From Nitrospirota bacterium (GTDB taxonomy: Bacteria > Nitrospirota > UBA9217), in contig CAVVOB010000030.1 in NCBI GenBank assembly GCA_963749655.1, forward strand, positions 224,001 to 288,000: a DNA stretch of 64,000 bases, in the 5' to 3' direction. Numbering within the stretch: the stretch's first letter is position 1; the number at the start of each line of letters is the position of its first letter. Under the pieces are notes generated by a model. The model saw only the letters and a program-made list of their open reading frames with translations, did not search any database and was not told where the DNA came from. A program made the position numbers and the translations under genes. Shown piece by piece: positions 21,758 through 37,672 of this stretch.

Positions 21758-22540
21758 ATGACCCCCCCTATGCCGAAAGAACATATCATTGGCATCAATC
21801 CCGTGATGGCGGCGCTTCAGGCCGGTAGACCCATTCACCGACTCCTGATTGCTGAGCAGCGAAAAAGAGACCGCGAAGTCGTTCGTATCATCGAGCTTGC
21901 GAGGGACAGGGGCATCGAGATCCGGATCATGTCACGGGACGCTATGAATCACGAGACTCAGAACCCACACCATCAGGGGATTATGGCTCTTGCGTCGGCC
22001 CGCGAGTATGCTACACTCGATGATGTTCTACGCATACCGGAACAGCGGGGAGAGCCGGCGTTGTTTCTGGTTCTTGACAGTGTAGAGGACCCGAGGAACC
22101 TTGGCGCCCTGGTGCGTACGGCGGAAGCCGCCGGTGTTCACGGCCTGATCATCCCCGAACGTCGCGCTGCCGGGCTCACGGAGACGGTAGCAAAAGTTGC
22201 GGCTGGAGCACTGGAGTTCATTCCGGTGGTCAAGGTTGTGAACATTTCGAATACCCTTGAGACGCTGAAAAAAGCGGGAGTATGGGTGGTCGGTGCCGAG
22301 GCTTCAGGCGGTACGGTTTATTGGGATGCAGATTTTGTGCGACCGACAGCGCTTGTGCTGGGAGGAGAGGACAAAGGGGTGAGGAGGTTGGTTCAAACCC
22401 ATTGTGATTACCTTGTGTCGCTGCCGTTGAAGGGGCAAATCAGCTCCCTGAACGTATCAGTGGCTGCCGGGGCATTATTGTATGAGGTGATGCGACAGCG
22501 CAGAGGCACAGCAGGCACAACAACGCTAAAGTCGTATTAA
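21758..22540 (+). CDS. rlmB: 23S rRNA Gm2251 methyltransferase RlmB
   Basis: HQGI, DPRNLGA..R, LGGEDKG, SLNVSVA (SPOUT); follows cysS. Start may be 21770. Confidence 0.92.
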   Translation: MTPPMPKEHIIGINPVMAALQAGRPIHRLLIAEQRKRDREVVRIIELARDRGIEIRIMSRDAMNHETQNPHHQGIMALASAREYATLDDVLRIPEQRGEPALFLVLDSVEDPRNLGALVRTAEAAGVHGLIIPERRAAGLTETVAKVAAGALEFIPVVKVVNISNTLETLKKAGVWVVGAEASGGTVYWDADFVRPTALVLGGEDKGVRRLVQTHCDYLVSLPLKGQISSLNVSVAAGALLYEVMRQRRGTAGTTTLKSY

Positions 22541-22574
22541 AATTTTGCCCCTTCCTTAAATCTAATCTTTTTGC

Positions 22575-22604
22575 TTGACAAGAGAACATACTTTCTCTTA
22601 TAAT
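22575..22604 (+). promoter_or_regulatory. sigma70 promoter for the tRNA-tuf operon
   Basis: TTGACA-18-TATAAT. Confidence 0.75.
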
Positions 22605-22705
22605 TACAATTCTTTGGCGTGTCAGGATAAGTGCGCGTAAACACAGGAGAAGTGTTTTTTTCGATACAATACGGGCAGCAAGGCGTGGAAGGTACTGAGG
22701 ATTCT

Positions 22706-22781
22706 GCCACCGTAACTCAGCTGGTAGAGTAGCTGATTTGTAATCAGCCTGTCGGGGGTTCGAGTCCCTTCGGTGGCTCCA
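22706..22781 (+). tRNA. tRNA-Thr (TGT)
   Basis: Cloverleaf, anticodon TGT, CCA end. Confidence 0.96.
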
Positions 22782-22837
22782 ATTTTTAGTGCGGTCAGGG
22801 CTTCGCATCGCACGACCAGGCATCTGGTGCTAACATC

Positions 22838-22923
22838 GGGGAGGTGCCCGAGTGGCCAAAGGGAACAGACTGTAAATCTGTCGGCGTCAGCCTACGGAGG
22901 TTCGAAACCTCCCCTCCCCACCA
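22838..22923 (+). tRNA. tRNA-Tyr (GTA)
   Basis: GGGGAGG/CCTCCCC stem, CTGTAAA loop, long variable arm, CCA. Confidence 0.96.
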
Positions 22924-23001
22924 CTTAATTTTCAGCAATTTCGTACGGGTAGCAGAATTGCGGGATGGCGTCTCTCGTGTAATCCATTCCGGCGTTGAGT
23001 T

Positions 23002-23078
23002 GCGGGAATAGCTCAGCTGGCTAGAGCGCAAGCCTTCCAAGCTTGGGGTCGCGGGTTCGAATCCCGTTTCCCGCTCCA
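23002..23078 (+). tRNA. tRNA-Gly (TCC)
   Basis: GCGGGAA stem, CTTCCAA loop, CCA. Confidence 0.96.
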
Positions 23079-23090
23079 TTTTCAGTTTAC

Positions 23091-23166
23091 GCCCATGTAG
23101 CTCAGTTGGCAGAGCACATCCTTGGTAAGGATGAGGTCAGCGGTTCGATCCCGCTCATGGGCTCCA
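23091..23166 (+). tRNA. tRNA-Thr (GGT)
   Basis: GCCCATG stem, TTGGTAA loop, CCA. Confidence 0.96.
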
Positions 23167-23246
23167 GTACTTACGAAGAACTACGTAAAACAAATAGTAA
23201 TAATAATGTACTAAAAATATTCACTTCCTATCAGGAGGGGTACGGC

Positions 23247-24446
23247 ATGGCAAAGGCAAAATTTGAGAGGACGAAACCACACGTGAACGTGGGCACCATC
23301 GGCCATGTGGACCACGGCAAGACGACCTTGACGGCGGCCATCACGAAGGTGCTTTCCTTCAAGAACATGGCGAGTTTTGTATCCTACGATAATATCGACA
23401 AGGCCCCGGAAGAACGCGAGCGCGGCATCACGATCGCAACGGCGCACGTGGAGTACCAGACGGATAAGCGCCACTATGCCCATGTTGACTGCCCCGGTCA
23501 CGCTGACTATGTGAAGAACATGATCACGGGTGCGGCGCAGATGGACGGCGCCATCCTGGTGGTGTCGGCCGCAGACGGCCCGATGCCGCAGACGCGCGAG
23601 CATATCCTGCTGGCCCGCCAGGTGGGCGTTCCGTACATCGTGGTGTACATGAACAAGGTTGACATGGTAGACGATCCCGAGCTGATCGAGCTGGTCGAGC
23701 TGGAAGTTCGCGAACTGCTGTCGAAGTACCAGTTCCCCGGCGACAAGACCCCGATCGTGAAAGGGAGCGCCCTGAAGGCCCTCCAGAGCGAGAGCAAGGA
23801 TGTGAACGCTCCTGAGTACAAGAGCATCATGGAGTTGATGGATGCCCTGGACAGCTACATTCCTCAGCCGAAGCGCGACATCGATAAACCCTATCTTATG
23901 CCGATCGAAGACGTGTTTTCGATTGCCGGTCGCGGAACGGTGGTGACGGGCAGAATCGAGCGCGGCATCGTGAAGGTGAGCGACGAAATCGAGATCGTAG
24001 GCATCAAGCCGACGCAGAAGACGGTGGTCACGGGCGTTGAGATGTTCCGGAAGCTTCTGGACCAGGGAGAGGCAGGAGACAACGTTGGTGTGCTTCTTCG
24101 TGGTGTCAAGAAAGAGGACGTGGAGCGCGGCATGGTGCTGGCCAAGCCCGGGAGCATCACCCCCCATACCAAGTTCAAGGCTGAGGCGTATATATTGACG
24201 AAGGAAGAGGGCGGCCGCCACACGCCGTTCTTCAATGGCTACCGTCCGCAGTTTTACTTCCGTACGACGGACGTGACGGGCGTGGTAAAGCTGGCTGAAG
24301 GAGTGGAGATGGTTATGCCGGGCGATAATATGAGCTGCTCGGTAGAGCTGATCACGCCGATTGCCATGGACAAGGAGCTCCGGTTCGCCATCCGCGAGGG
24401 CGGCCGCACCGTGGGCGCCGGCGTCATCACCGAAGTGATCGAGTAA
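23247..24446 (+). CDS. tuf: Elongation factor Tu (copy 1)
   Basis: [27 protein letters not shown]; AGGAGG SD. Confidence 0.98.
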   Translation: MAKAKFERTKPHVNVGTIGHVDHGKTTLTAAITKVLSFKNMASFVSYDNIDKAPEERERGITIATAHVEYQTDKRHYAHVDCPGHADYVKNMITGAAQMDGAILVVSAADGPMPQTREHILLARQVGVPYIVVYMNKVDMVDDPELIELVELEVRELLSKYQFPGDKTPIVKGSALKALQSESKDVNAPEYKSIMELMDALDSYIPQPKRDIDKPYLMPIEDVFSIAGRGTVVTGRIERGIVKVSDEIEIVGIKPTQKTVVTGVEMFRKLLDQGEAGDNVGVLLRGVKKEDVERGMVLAKPGSITPHTKFKAEAYILTKEEGGRHTPFFNGYRPQFYFRTTDVTGVVKLAEGVEMVMPGDNMSCSVELITPIAMDKELRFAIREGGRTVGAGVITEVIE

Positions 24447-24544
24447 TCAAATTACTGACTGGTAATCGGGGATTGTGAATTAAAAAAATCCTCAATAGCT
24501 ATTTACCAATCTGAAATCTGAAATTGAATGTGAGGCAATAAATC

Positions 24545-24697
24545 ATGCGGGAAATCGTTCTTCTTGCTTGCGGCGAGTGCAAGCGTAAAAACTACTCAAC
24601 TACTAAGAACAAAAGGAATACACCGGACAAGCTGAACCTGGATAAGTATTGCCGGTTTTGTCGTAAACACACAACGCACAAGGAAACAAAAGCGTAG
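24545..24697 (+). CDS. rpmG: 50S ribosomal protein L33 (Zn-ribbon form), not in ORF track
   Basis: Hand translation [50 protein letters not shown]. Confidence 0.95.
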   Translation: MREIVLLACGECKRKNYSTTKNKRNTPDKLNLDKYCRFCRKHTTHKETKA

Positions 24698-24732
24698 CCT
24701 GGATTAGAAATGGCGCTGCGAGGTTAGGACAC

Positions 24733-24808
24733 AGGCCAGTAGCTCTAATGGTAGAGCTCCGGACTCCAAATCCGGCTGCTGGGGGTTCGAGTCCCTCCTG
24801 GCCTGCCA
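24733..24808 (+). tRNA. tRNA-Trp (CCA)
   Basis: AGGCCAG stem, CTCCAAA loop, CCA end; canonical position before secE. Confidence 0.95.
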
Positions 24809-24844
24809 TTTTATTCCGGAACCCTGTGCAGAAAGAGGGCTGGT

Positions 24845-25030
24845 ATGCTGAAGAAGATTGCAGACTTTATTCAGGAAGTAAAGCTGGAACTCAAGAAGGT
24901 TGTGTTTCCGACAAAAAAGGAGGTAATAGGTTCTACCTGGGTGGTAATAACCACCGTACTGATATGCGCCTTTTTTCTAGGACTGGTAGATATGGGGTTG
25001 GGAAGGTTGATGACCCTTGCCTTTAAGTAG
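24845..25030 (+). CDS. secE: Preprotein translocase SecE
   Basis: EVKLELKKVVFPTKKE plus one TM helix. Confidence 0.94.
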   Translation: MLKKIADFIQEVKLELKKVVFPTKKEVIGSTWVVITTVLICAFFLGLVDMGLGRLMTLAFK

Positions 25031-25038
25031 AAATCATT

Positions 25039-25584
25039 ATGCCGAAGAATTGGTATGTCGTCCATACATATGCAGGGTTTGAGAATAAGGTGAAGGCCAG
25101 TGTATTGGAGACCGTATCCAAACTTGGTCTCCAGGAAAAAATCGGCCAGATTCTTGTCCCGACCGAAGAAGTCCTGTCCATCAAAGCGGGGAAAAAACGC
25201 AAATCTCAGCGGAAGTTTTTCCCCGGCTATATCCTCGTTGAGATGGAGATGGACGATAATAGCTGGCATATTATCAAAGAAACCCCAAAAGTCACTGGCT
25301 TTGTCGGCGGCAGTACGAACCCGACGCCGTTGAGCGACGATGAAGTAAAGACCATCCTTAAGCAAACCGAGGAAGGCGCGGTGGCTCCGACACAGCCGAA
25401 GCAGGCGTACCAGAAGGGAGACCGCGTCAGGGTGATAGACGGTCCCTTCAGCAGTTTTATCGGGACGGTCGAGGATGTCAATCCTGCACACGGCAGACTT
25501 CGGGTCATGGTGAGCATTTTTGGCCGCTCTACACCGGTTGAACTTGAGTTTTTGCAGGTAGAGCGGGAAAAAGAAACAAAGTAA
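25039..25584 (+). CDS. nusG: Transcription factor NusG
   Basis: [36 protein letters not shown]. Confidence 0.97.
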   Translation: MPKNWYVVHTYAGFENKVKASVLETVSKLGLQEKIGQILVPTEEVLSIKAGKKRKSQRKFFPGYILVEMEMDDNSWHIIKETPKVTGFVGGSTNPTPLSDDEVKTILKQTEEGAVAPTQPKQAYQKGDRVRVIDGPFSSFIGTVEDVNPAHGRLRVMVSIFGRSTPVELEFLQVEREKETK

Positions 25585-25640
25585 TGCGATGTAAAATATA
25601 TCGCAGGCTGATAGTTTAATAAACACACAGGAGTCTATAG

Positions 25641-26066
25641 ATGGCTAAAGAAATTACAGCAAAAATCAAACTTCAGGTTCCGGCAGGCAAAGCCAACCCG
25701 GCACCGCCAGTGGGTCCGGCCCTCGGCCAGCATGGCGTCAACATCATGGAGTTCTGCAAATCGTTTAATGCGAAGACGCAGAAGATGGGCGAGACTATCG
25801 TTCCGGTCATCATCACGGTGTATTCAGACCGTTCCTTTACCTTCATTACGAAGACTCCGCCGGCAGCGGAACTATTGAAGAAGGCGGCAGGCATCGTCAA
25901 AGGCTCCGGTGTGCCGAACAAGGACAAGGTCGGGAAAGTTACCCGGTCTCAGATCAGGGAAATTGCCCAGACAAAGCTGCCCGATCTCAATGCTGCTACC
26001 GTAGAGTCTGCTATGCGTATGATTGAAGGCTCAGCAAAAAGCATGGGACTGGAAATCGCTGATTAA
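25641..26066 (+). CDS. rplK: 50S ribosomal protein L11
   Basis: [18 protein letters not shown]. Confidence 0.98.
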   Translation: MAKEITAKIKLQVPAGKANPAPPVGPALGQHGVNIMEFCKSFNAKTQKMGETIVPVIITVYSDRSFTFITKTPPAAELLKKAAGIVKGSGVPNKDKVGKVTRSQIREIAQTKLPDLNAATVESAMRMIEGSAKSMGLEIAD

Positions 26067-26139
26067 TTCGGAATGAGGGATTCGGCGGGATGGACCAAAC
26101 GCCTCCGCATCCGCTGTTCCGTATTTCGCTTTTGAGTAT

Positions 26140-26170
26140 GCGGGAGGCTGACAACAGCCGTTTGAACCGC
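26140..26170 (+). promoter_or_regulatory. Putative L1-binding mRNA element upstream of rplA
   Basis: GCGG-GA-GGCTG-ACAA-CAGCC-GTTTGAA-CCGC: outer and inner stems with a GA-rich internal loop abutting the SD, like known L1 operators. Confidence 0.65.
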
Positions 26171-26181
26171 GAGGAGGAACC

Positions 26182-26883
26182 ATGGCAGGGAAGAAGTTCA
26201 AGGCAGTTGCAGCATTGGTGGAGAGGGAAAAGGAGTACGGAATTGAAGAGGCCGTCGGGCTTGCCAAGAAAACGGCGAGGACAAAATTCGATGAAACCGT
26301 GGACTTAGCCCTCAAGCTTGGCGTAGATCCCAAGCAGGCTGATCAGATGGTGCGGGGAACGGTTGTGCTCCCCCATGGAACCGGGAAAAAAGTACGGATC
26401 CTGGTGTTTGTCAAGGGTGAAAAAGAAAAAGAAGCCCGCGATGCGGGTGCAGACTTTGTCGGTGCCGAGGATCTTGCCGATAAAATCCAGAAGGAAGGTT
26501 GGACTGATTTTGACACGGTCGTAGCCACACCGGATATCATGGGCCTTGTCGGCAGGCTTGGCAAGGTACTTGGCCCACGGGGGCTCATGCCGAATCCGAA
26601 AACCGGCACGGTCACATTCGACGTAACAAAGGCGATTAAGGATATCAGGGCTGGCAAAGTTGAATATCGTGTTGAGAAGGCAGGCATTGTCCATGTACCA
26701 GTGGGGAAAGCCTCTTTTGATGAGAACAAACTGACTGAAAACGCAAAGGCCGTCCTTGAATCGATTCTGAAGGCGAAACCTGCATCGAGCAAGGGGAAAT
26801 ACCTCAAAAGTGCCTCGATATCAACGACGATGGGTCCGGGAATCAAGATGGATACGGCCCAGATTGAAAAACTGGTAGGATAA
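26182..26883 (+). CDS. rplA: 50S ribosomal protein L1
   Basis: [28 protein letters not shown]. Confidence 0.98.
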   Translation: MAGKKFKAVAALVEREKEYGIEEAVGLAKKTARTKFDETVDLALKLGVDPKQADQMVRGTVVLPHGTGKKVRILVFVKGEKEKEARDAGADFVGAEDLADKIQKEGWTDFDTVVATPDIMGLVGRLGKVLGPRGLMPNPKTGTVTFDVTKAIKDIRAGKVEYRVEKAGIVHVPVGKASFDENKLTENAKAVLESILKAKPASSKGKYLKSASISTTMGPGIKMDTAQIEKLVG

Positions 26884-26936
26884 TTTTAGCATCACGAAAA
26901 GCAGTGTTTCCATAAGGTCGATCCCTGAAATCCAGG

Positions 26937-27070
26937 GTGAGGTCCGAGACAGCGGGCACCGGCGATGAACACCAACCACCGGTTTAATTCCAACAGGAGC
27001 CTGCCGAGACCCGGGTCAGAAAAAGAGAGTAAGGTTCATCTGCTGCTTTCTTTTGAGATTCCCGGGATGG
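26937..27070 (+). ncRNA. L10 leader (cis-regulatory RNA), boundaries approximate
   Basis: GTCCGAGACAGCGGG...TTAA...CCTGCCGAGAC pattern in the rplA-rplJ spacer. Confidence 0.75.
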
Positions 27071-27104
27071 TCATCGGGAATTCTTGAAAGAAAGGAGGAC
27101 AGGT

Positions 27105-27618
27105 TTGAATAAGGAAGAGAAAAAGGAAGCAATAAGCGAACTCCACGAAAAGTTTGCCCGCGCCAAGGCTGCAGTGATAACTGCGTATTCCGGGATCAAC
27201 GTAGAGCAGATTACGGTATCTTCGCTCAAAGCTGAGAAAAGCTCACGTAGAGTACCGCGTCGTGAAGAACACGCTCGCACGGAAGGCCGTGGAAGGAACC
27301 GGGCTGGAACCGCTCAAGGATCATTTCGTCGGGCCTGTGGGGATCGCCCTCGGCTATGAAGATGTGATTGCACCGGCAAAGGTCCTGTCCGAGTTCAGCA
27401 AGGCGCAAGACAAACTACTGCTCAAAGTCGGCGTCCTTGACGGCAAACTGCTTAAACAGGCCGACATTAAGGCTTTGGCAAGCCTGCCGTCGCTCAATGC
27501 GCTTCGGGGCAAGATCGTCGGTCTTCTTCAGGCACCGGCATCGAGGATGGTTGGCGTTCTCGCAGCACCGGGCGGACAGCTTGCCAGGGTCATGAAGGCA
27601 AAAGCAGATAAGGGCTAA
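27105..27618 (+). CDS. rplJ: 50S ribosomal protein L10, frameshifted at ~27215-27217
   Basis: TTG start after AGGAGG. Removing one base restores QITDLRSKLRKAHVEYRVVKNTL. Confidence 0.94.
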
Positions 27619-27689
27619 TTTAAACAACGCATGCGGCGATTGAGCACGCATAGCACAAGAGTTTATACTCGTTCAGGAGGAACAGGAAG

Positions 27690-28067
27690 ATGGCAGATTT
27701 GGCGAAATTGGTTGATGATCTGAGCGGTTTGACCGTTCTTGAAGCAGCGGAATTGAGCAAAATGCTCGAAGAGAAGTGGGGCGTGTCTGCGGCAGCACCC
27801 GTGGCCGTAGCGGCAGCCGGTGCGGCAGGCGGAGCAGCGGCAGCGGCGGAGGAAAAAACAGCATTCGATGTGATCCTGGTCAATGCTGGCGCACAGAAGA
27901 TCAACGTGATCAAGGTCGTGCGTGAGCTCACCGGGCTCGGCCTGAAGGAAGCAAAAGATCTCGTGGAAGGTGCCCCGAAGCCGGTTAAAACCGGTGTTTC
28001 CAAGGAAGATGCCGAGACCATGAAAAAGAAGTTGGCCGAGGCAGGCGCAACCGTCGAGGTTAAGTAA
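27690..28067 (+). CDS. rplL: 50S ribosomal protein L7/L12
   Basis: [34 protein letters not shown]. Confidence 0.98.
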   Translation: MADLAKLVDDLSGLTVLEAAELSKMLEEKWGVSAAAPVAVAAAGAAGGAAAAAEEKTAFDVILVNAGAQKINVIKVVRELTGLGLKEAKDLVEGAPKPVKTGVSKEDAETMKKKLAEAGATVEVK

Positions 28068-28094
28068 GCGAGCAGCACTTTAGTTGTATCAGCC

Positions 28095-28139
28095 AAGTCC
28101 TTGCCCTCCGGAATCGGTCCGGAGGGCAGAGGACTTTTT
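28095..28139 (+). terminator. Terminator/attenuator between rplL and rpoB
   Basis: AAGTCCTTGCCCTCCGGA-loop-TCCGGAGGGCAGAGGACTT plus T-run. Confidence 0.85.
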
Positions 28140-28299
28140 GCGTTTCTAGATACTGGATGTCTTTACACCGTTTTACAGGCAATTAAAGCGGAAAAATGCG
28201 CAGTGACAAATGCACATGGGCTCCAAAGCGTTGTGCAAGGGCAATTAGCCGGTCTGCATTTTTCATTGTGCATTTAAACGTCGTATGAGGGGTGCGAAT

Positions 28300-31200
28300 A
28301 TGTCAAAAGAAAAAAGAGAACTTGTCCGTGCGAGGAAGGATTTCTCCCGGATTCCGACGATTCTGGAAATCCCCGACCTGATTGAGATCCAAAAGAAGTC
28401 CTATGATTACTTTCTTCAGAAGGACGTTGCGTCGGATAAGAGAAAAGATATGGGCCTGCAGGCGGCCTTTAAGAGCGTCTATCCCATTTACGATTTCAAC
28501 GAAACGGCGATGGTGGACTACCTCGGGTATTCGCTGGGGGATCCGAAATACAGTATTTGGGAGTGCCTTCAGCGCGGCGCCACATATGCTGCTCCGCTCA
28601 AGATCAAGACACGGCTGGTGTTCTTTGAGAAAGATGAACAGACGGCCACCAAGCGCGTCAAAGACATCAAAGAACAGGAGGTCTATGTCGGCGACCTTCC
28701 CCTCATGACCGAAACCGGGACCTTTATCGTCAACGGAACCGAACGCGTCGTGGTGAGTCAGCTCCACCGGTCTCCTGGTGCCTTCTTCACTCATGATAAG
28801 GGCAGAACCCACGCCAGCGGCAAGATCCTCTATTCAGCCCGCATTATTCCCTATCGCGGCTCATGGCTTGATTTCGAATTCGATGTCAAGGACATCGTGT
28901 ATGTGCGCATCGACCGCCGGAGAAAGATCCCCGCCACGATCCTCCTTAAAGCGTTCGGATACTCGAACGAGGATCTGCTGAGGATGTATTACCCTATTGA
29001 GGACATCCGTATCAAGAAAGACGGATTTACTCGCGGAGTACTGGCCGATGTTCTTGCGGGACTCAAGTCACCGGTCACCATCACCGATAAAAATACGCGG
29101 GAACAGATCGTAAAAGAAGGCGCCAAGATAACCCGCGTGGCCATTAAGAAAATGGAAACCGCGGGCATCACCGAGATTCCTATTCCGCGCGAAGAACTGA
29201 TCGACCGTGTTGTTTTGAGAGATGTGATAGATCCTGAGACAGGTGAAGTTCTTCTGCCGGCCAACGAAAAGATCACCGACGCCCTTCTTGCCAAGTTAGC
29301 AGAGACTAAGGTTGAGAAAATGGAAGTCATTTACATGGACGGCATCCATGTGATCGGCGCTATTCGTGATACGCTTCTTTCGGACAAGGTGCAGACGTCT
29401 GACGAGGCACTTCTGGAAATCTACCGCAAGATGCGTCCCGGCGAACCGCCTACGATCGATATGGCACGTAATCTCTTCTCCGGCATGTTCTTCAATGCGA
29501 AGCGCTATGATCTCTCGCCGGTCGGCCGGTTGAAATTGAACAAGAAGCTCAAACTCGACATTCCGATCGAAAAAACCACGCTCACCGCGCAGGACGTCGT
29601 GGAGGTGATCCGCTACCTCGTCAATCTCCGGACCGGCAAGGGTGAGGTGGATGATATCGATCATCTCGGCAACCGCCGAGTGCGGTCCGTCGGAGAACTG
29701 CTCGAGAACCAGATCCGTATTGGCCTGGCCCGCATGGAGCGCGCCATCAAGGAGCGCATGAGCCTTCAGGATATAGATACACTCATGCCGCACGATATCA
29801 TCAATCCGAAGCCGGTCATCGCCGCGATCAAGGAATTTTTCGGATCGAGTCAGCTGTCCCAGTTCATGGATCAAACCAATCCTCTGGCGGAGATCACGCA
29901 CAAGCGCAGGCTCTCAGCGCTGGGACCGGGCGGTCTCACGCGAGAACGGGCGGGTTTCGAAGTACGTGACGTACACACGACCCATTACGGCAGAATCTGT
30001 CCTATCGAAACGCCGGAAGGCCCGAACATAGGACTTATCGTATCGCTCGCGACCTATGCCCGCGTGAATGATTACGGCTTCATCGAAGCGCCGTACCGGA
30101 AGGTAAAAGCCGGGAAGGTGACCGACGAGATCGAATATCTTTCAGCCGTGGACGGCGAAAATTTCGTCGTTGCCCAGGCCAATACGCCGATCGACGGTCG
30201 CGGCAAGATTGCCGTGGAAAGCGTGTCTGCCCGCGTGGGAGGCGAATTCAAGCTGGTCAGCGCCGAAGAAGTGCAGTACATGGACGTTTCTCCGAAACAG
30301 ATCGTTTCAGTGTCCGCGGCGCTCATTCCCTTTCTCGAAAACGACGACGCGAACCGCGCACTCATGGGATCGAACATGCAGCGCCAGGCAGTCCCGCTGC
30401 TCAGACCTCAGGCCCCTGTTGTGGGTACCGGTATGGAGCGCGTTGCCGCCCGTGACTCCGGTGCCATCGTTTCGGCCAAGCGGGACGGGATCGTTGAAGC
30501 CGTTGACTCCACGCGGATCACCGTCAAAGGTGAGGATGCAAAGGGCAGGACGGTCATCGATGCGTATCCGCTCACGAAATTTTATCGGTCGAACCAGAAC
30601 ACCTGTATGAACCAAAAACCGATCGTGCGGATCGGCGATAAGATCAAAAAAGGGCAGGTTATTGCCGACGGTCCGGCGACGGATCTGGGCGAACTGGCTC
30701 TTGGCCAGAATGTGCTCGTGGCATTCATGCCTTGGAGTGGGTACAATTACGAAGACGCGATCATCATCAGCGAGAAGCTTGTGAAGGAAGACCGGTATAC
30801 TTCGATCCATATCGAAGAGTTCGAGATCGAGGCCCGGGACACGAAACTCGGCAAGGAAGAGATCACCCGCGACATACCGAACCTGGGTGAAGAGACACTT
30901 CGGAACCTCGACGAGAACGGCATCATCCGCATCGGTGCGGAAGTGATGCCCGGCGACATTCTTATCGGCAAGGTAACACCGAAGGGGGAAACGCAACTTA
31001 CTCCCGAGGAAAAGCTCCTTCGCGCCATTTTCGGCGAAAAGGCCGGCGATGTGCGGGATGCTTCGCTCTATGCACCTCCGGGCATTGAAGGGACGGTCAT
31101 CGACGTTAAGGTCTTCTCACGGAAAGGTGAAGACAAAAACGAGCGGCTCAAAACACAAGAGAGCGAGGAGATTGCCCGGCTGCAGAAGGAATATCAGGAC

Positions 31201-32292
31201 GAAATGCGCGCCGTCAAGGAAGACAAGTACAAGCGCGTGCGACGGCTTTTGAGCGGCAAGACCGCGGCCGACAAGATAATTAATTCCAAGACAGGCAAGA
31301 CAGAGTTGGCCAAGGGGAAGAAGATCACCGCAGAGATCCTGGACAAGCTGCCTGAGAAGGATCTCGCAAAGATCAAGGTGGAATCGGAGGATTATCCCGC
31401 CAAGCTTCAGGAGATTCTGGACAATTCCGAGAACCAGCTCAGCATTCTCGAAGCCATTTATGACGAGAAGATCGGCAGGCTGAAACGCGGCGACGATCTT
31501 CCCCCCGGAGTGGTCAAACTTGTTAAGGTGTACGTGGCGATGAAGCGTAAGCTGTCGGTCGGTGACAAAATGGCAGGCCGCCACGGGAACAAGGGTGTGG
31601 TCTCTCGAATCGTGCCCGAGGAAGACATGCCCTACATGCCTGATGGAACCCCGGTCGAGATCGTGTTGAACCCGCTCGGCGTGCCCTCTCGTATGAACGT
31701 TGGACAGATCCTCGAGACTCACTTGGGTTGGGCTGCGAAGGCACTCGGCCTGCATGTGGCCACGCCAGTGTTCGACGGCGCCTCGGAAGACCGCATCAAG
31801 GCCATGCTGAAGGAAGCAAAGCTGCACATCAGCGGTCAGTCGCAGCTTTTTGATGGCCGGACCGGAGATCCTTTTGATAAGCCGGTGACCATTGGCTACA
31901 TGTACATGTTGAAGCTGCATCATCTCGTAGACGACAAGCTGCATGCGCGTTCAATCGGACCCTATTCGCTTGTGACACAGCAACCGTTGGGCGGCAAAGC
32001 GCAATTCGGCGGCCAGCGACTCGGTGAAATGGAAGTCTGGGCGCTCCAGGCTTATGGAGCCGCCTATTGTCTTCAGGAATTCCTTACCGTGAAATCCGAT
32101 GACGTTTCTGGTCGCGCAAAAATTTACGAGGCGATCGTCAAAGGTGAGAATACTTTGGAACCGGGTCTTCCAGAGTCATTCTACGTTCTCATCAAGGAGT
32201 TGCAGAGCCTCTGTCTCGATGTTGAGCTGATCGAGCGCAAGAATGAGAAGGAACGGGTGATCGGACTGGAGAAAATCTCTTCAGCACGGTAA
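28300..32292 (+). CDS. rpoB: RNA polymerase beta subunit
   Basis: [41 protein letters not shown]. Confidence 0.99.
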   Translation: MSKEKRELVRARKDFSRIPTILEIPDLIEIQKKSYDYFLQKDVASDKRKDMGLQAAFKSVYPIYDFNETAMVDYLGYSLGDPKYSIWECLQRGATYAAPLKIKTRLVFFEKDEQTATKRVKDIKEQEVYVGDLPLMTETGTFIVNGTERVVVSQLHRSPGAFFTHDKGRTHASGKILYSARIIPYRGSWLDFEFDVKDIVYVRIDRRRKIPATILLKAFGYSNEDLLRMYYPIEDIRIKKDGFTRGVLADVLAGLKSPVTITDKNTREQIVKEGAKITRVAIKKMETAGITEIPIPREELIDRVVLRDVIDPETGEVLLPANEKITDALLAKLAETKVEKMEVIYMDGIHVIGAIRDTLLSDKVQTSDEALLEIYRKMRPGEPPTIDMARNLFSGMFFNAKRYDLSPVGRLKLNKKLKLDIPIEKTTLTAQDVVEVIRYLVNLRTGKGEVDDIDHLGNRRVRSVGELLENQIRIGLARMERAIKERMSLQDIDTLMPHDIINPKPVIAAIKEFFGSSQLSQFMDQTNPLAEITHKRRLSALGPGGLTRERAGFEVRDVHTTHYGRICPIETPEGPNIGLIVSLATYARVNDYGFIEAPYRKVKAGKVTDEIEYLSAVDGENFVVAQANTPIDGRGKIAVESVSARVGGEFKLVSAEEVQYMDVSPKQIVSVSAALIPFLENDDANRALMGSNMQRQAVPLLRPQAPVVGTGMERVAARDSGAIVSAKRDGIVEAVDSTRITVKGEDAKGRTVIDAYPLTKFYRSNQNTCMNQKPIVRIGDKIKKGQVIADGPATDLGELALGQNVLVAFMPWSGYNYEDAIIISEKLVKEDRYTSIHIEEFEIEARDTKLGKEEITRDIPNLGEETLRNLDENGIIRIGAEVMPGDILIGKVTPKGETQLTPEEKLLRAIFGEKAGDVRDASLYAPPGIEGTVIDVKVFSRKGEDKNERLKTQESEEIARLQKEYQDEMRAVKEDKYKRVRRLLSGKTAADKIINSKTGKTELAKGKKITAEILDKLPEKDLAKIKVESEDYPAKLQEILDNSENQLSILEAIYDEKIGRLKRGDDLPPGVVKLVKVYVAMKRKLSVGDKMAGRHGNKGVVSRIVPEEDMPYMPDGTPVEIVLNPLGVPSRMNVGQILETHLGWAAKALGLHVATPVFDGASEDRIKAMLKEAKLHISGQSQLFDGRTGDPFDKPVTIGYMYMLKLHHLVDDKLHARSIGPYSLVTQQPLGGKAQFGGQRLGEMEVWALQAYGAAYCLQEFLTVKSDDVSGRAKIYEAIVKGENTLEPGLPESFYVLIKELQSLCLDVELIERKNEKERVIGLEKISSAR

Positions 32293-32404
32293 TGACGTGT
32301 GGGTGATCGGCCGAAAGGTGTTCACCAGCAGTAACGGATTGCGGTAGACCCACGTAGATGAATGGTCATGGCAAGGGGGCAGTGCCCTCTTCTGGAGGTA
32401 TACA

Positions 32405-36550
<4,146 letters not shown>

Positions 36551-36644
36551 TATTACGTATACAGCCGGGCTTGGTGATAATACGCCAGGAATTGCTGGTC
36601 ACCGTTGCCTGGAATGTTTATGAATACTTATCGGTAAAAAAAGC

Positions 36645-36673
36645 TTGACATTGTAGCCCTATGTCGATATAAT
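36645..36673 (+). promoter_or_regulatory. Consensus sigma70 promoter of the str operon
   Basis: Perfect TTGACA-17-TATAAT. Confidence 0.85.
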
Positions 36674-36737
36674 TACCGGGTTTTGACTCAACGTTTTTAA
36701 AAATGATCTATTTTATTGTTTTTAAGGAGTAAATCTC

Positions 36738-37109
36738 GTGCCTACCGTCAGTCAATTGGTCAGAAAAGGCAGGTCGCTTGCCGCAGGCAAAACCAAGAGT
36801 CCTGCGCTTAAAAGCTGCCCGCAGAAGCGTGGAGTTTGCATCAGAGTGTATACGACCACGCCAAAGAAGCCAAACTCAGCCCTTCGGAAGGTCGCGAGGG
36901 TCAGGCTCACGAATGGGATGGAGGTTACCACCTATATCCCCGGCGTGGGGCATAATTTGCAGGAGCACTCCATTGTGCTTATTCGTGGAGGCAGGGTTAA
37001 GGACCTTCCTGGTGTGCGTTACCATATCGTACGCGGAACGCTTGACACCGTTGGGGTTGCAAACCGCAAGCAGGGGCGTTCCAAGTATGGAGCGAAGAGG
37101 CCGAAGTAG
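36738..37109 (+). CDS. rpsL: 30S ribosomal protein S12
   Basis: [21 protein letters not shown]. Confidence 0.99.
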   Translation: MPTVSQLVRKGRSLAAGKTKSPALKSCPQKRGVCIRVYTTTPKKPNSALRKVARVRLTNGMEVTTYIPGVGHNLQEHSIVLIRGGRVKDLPGVRYHIVRGTLDTVGVANRKQGRSKYGAKRPK

Positions 37110-37172
37110 TAGGTCGGACAGTTTAAACGTGTATGCCGCTGATGCGGCGATGAATCTTAAAGAAGGTATGCC

Positions 37173-37643
37173 ATGCCGAGAAAAAGTGTCGTTGTAAAAA
37201 GAGAGACATTACCCGATCCGAAGTACAATAGCAAAATGCTGGCCAAGTTCGTGAATGTTCTTATGCGTAAGGGCAAAAAGAGCACGGCAGAAGCGATTTG
37301 CTATAAAGCGCTGGATCGTATCCAAGCGAAGACTAACGGTGATCCTATTGCTGTCTTCAAGAAGGCCGTCGAAAACCTGAAGCCGGCTCTTGAGGTGAAG
37401 TCCCGGCGGGTAGGAGGAGCATCGTATCAGGTGCCGATCGAAGTCAAGCAACCGAGAAGGCTTTCGCTTGCATATCGGTGGTTGCGGCTTTATGCCTCGC
37501 AGAGGCCGGAGAAGTCCATGGTTGATAAACTTGCAGGCGAGATCATGGATGCATCGAACAACACCGGCGCGGCTGTGAAGAAAAAAGAAGACGTCCACCG
37601 TATGGCCGAGGCCAATAAAGCCTTCGCCCACTATCGCTGGTAA
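37173..37643 (+). CDS. rpsG: 30S ribosomal protein S7
   Basis: [26 protein letters not shown]. Confidence 0.99.
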   Translation: MPRKSVVVKRETLPDPKYNSKMLAKFVNVLMRKGKKSTAEAICYKALDRIQAKTNGDPIAVFKKAVENLKPALEVKSRRVGGASYQVPIEVKQPRRLSLAYRWLRLYASQRPEKSMVDKLAGEIMDASNNTGAAVKKKEDVHRMAEANKAFAHYRW

Positions 37644-37672
37644 GGTGTTCACGAGGGAGCGGAGGAATTATT

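Noticed and set aside
23043-23246. Apparent 68-aa N-terminal extension of EF-Tu in the ORF track
   Set aside because: Runs through tRNA-Gly and tRNA-Thr; the real start is ATG 23247 after AGGAGG, matching copy 2.
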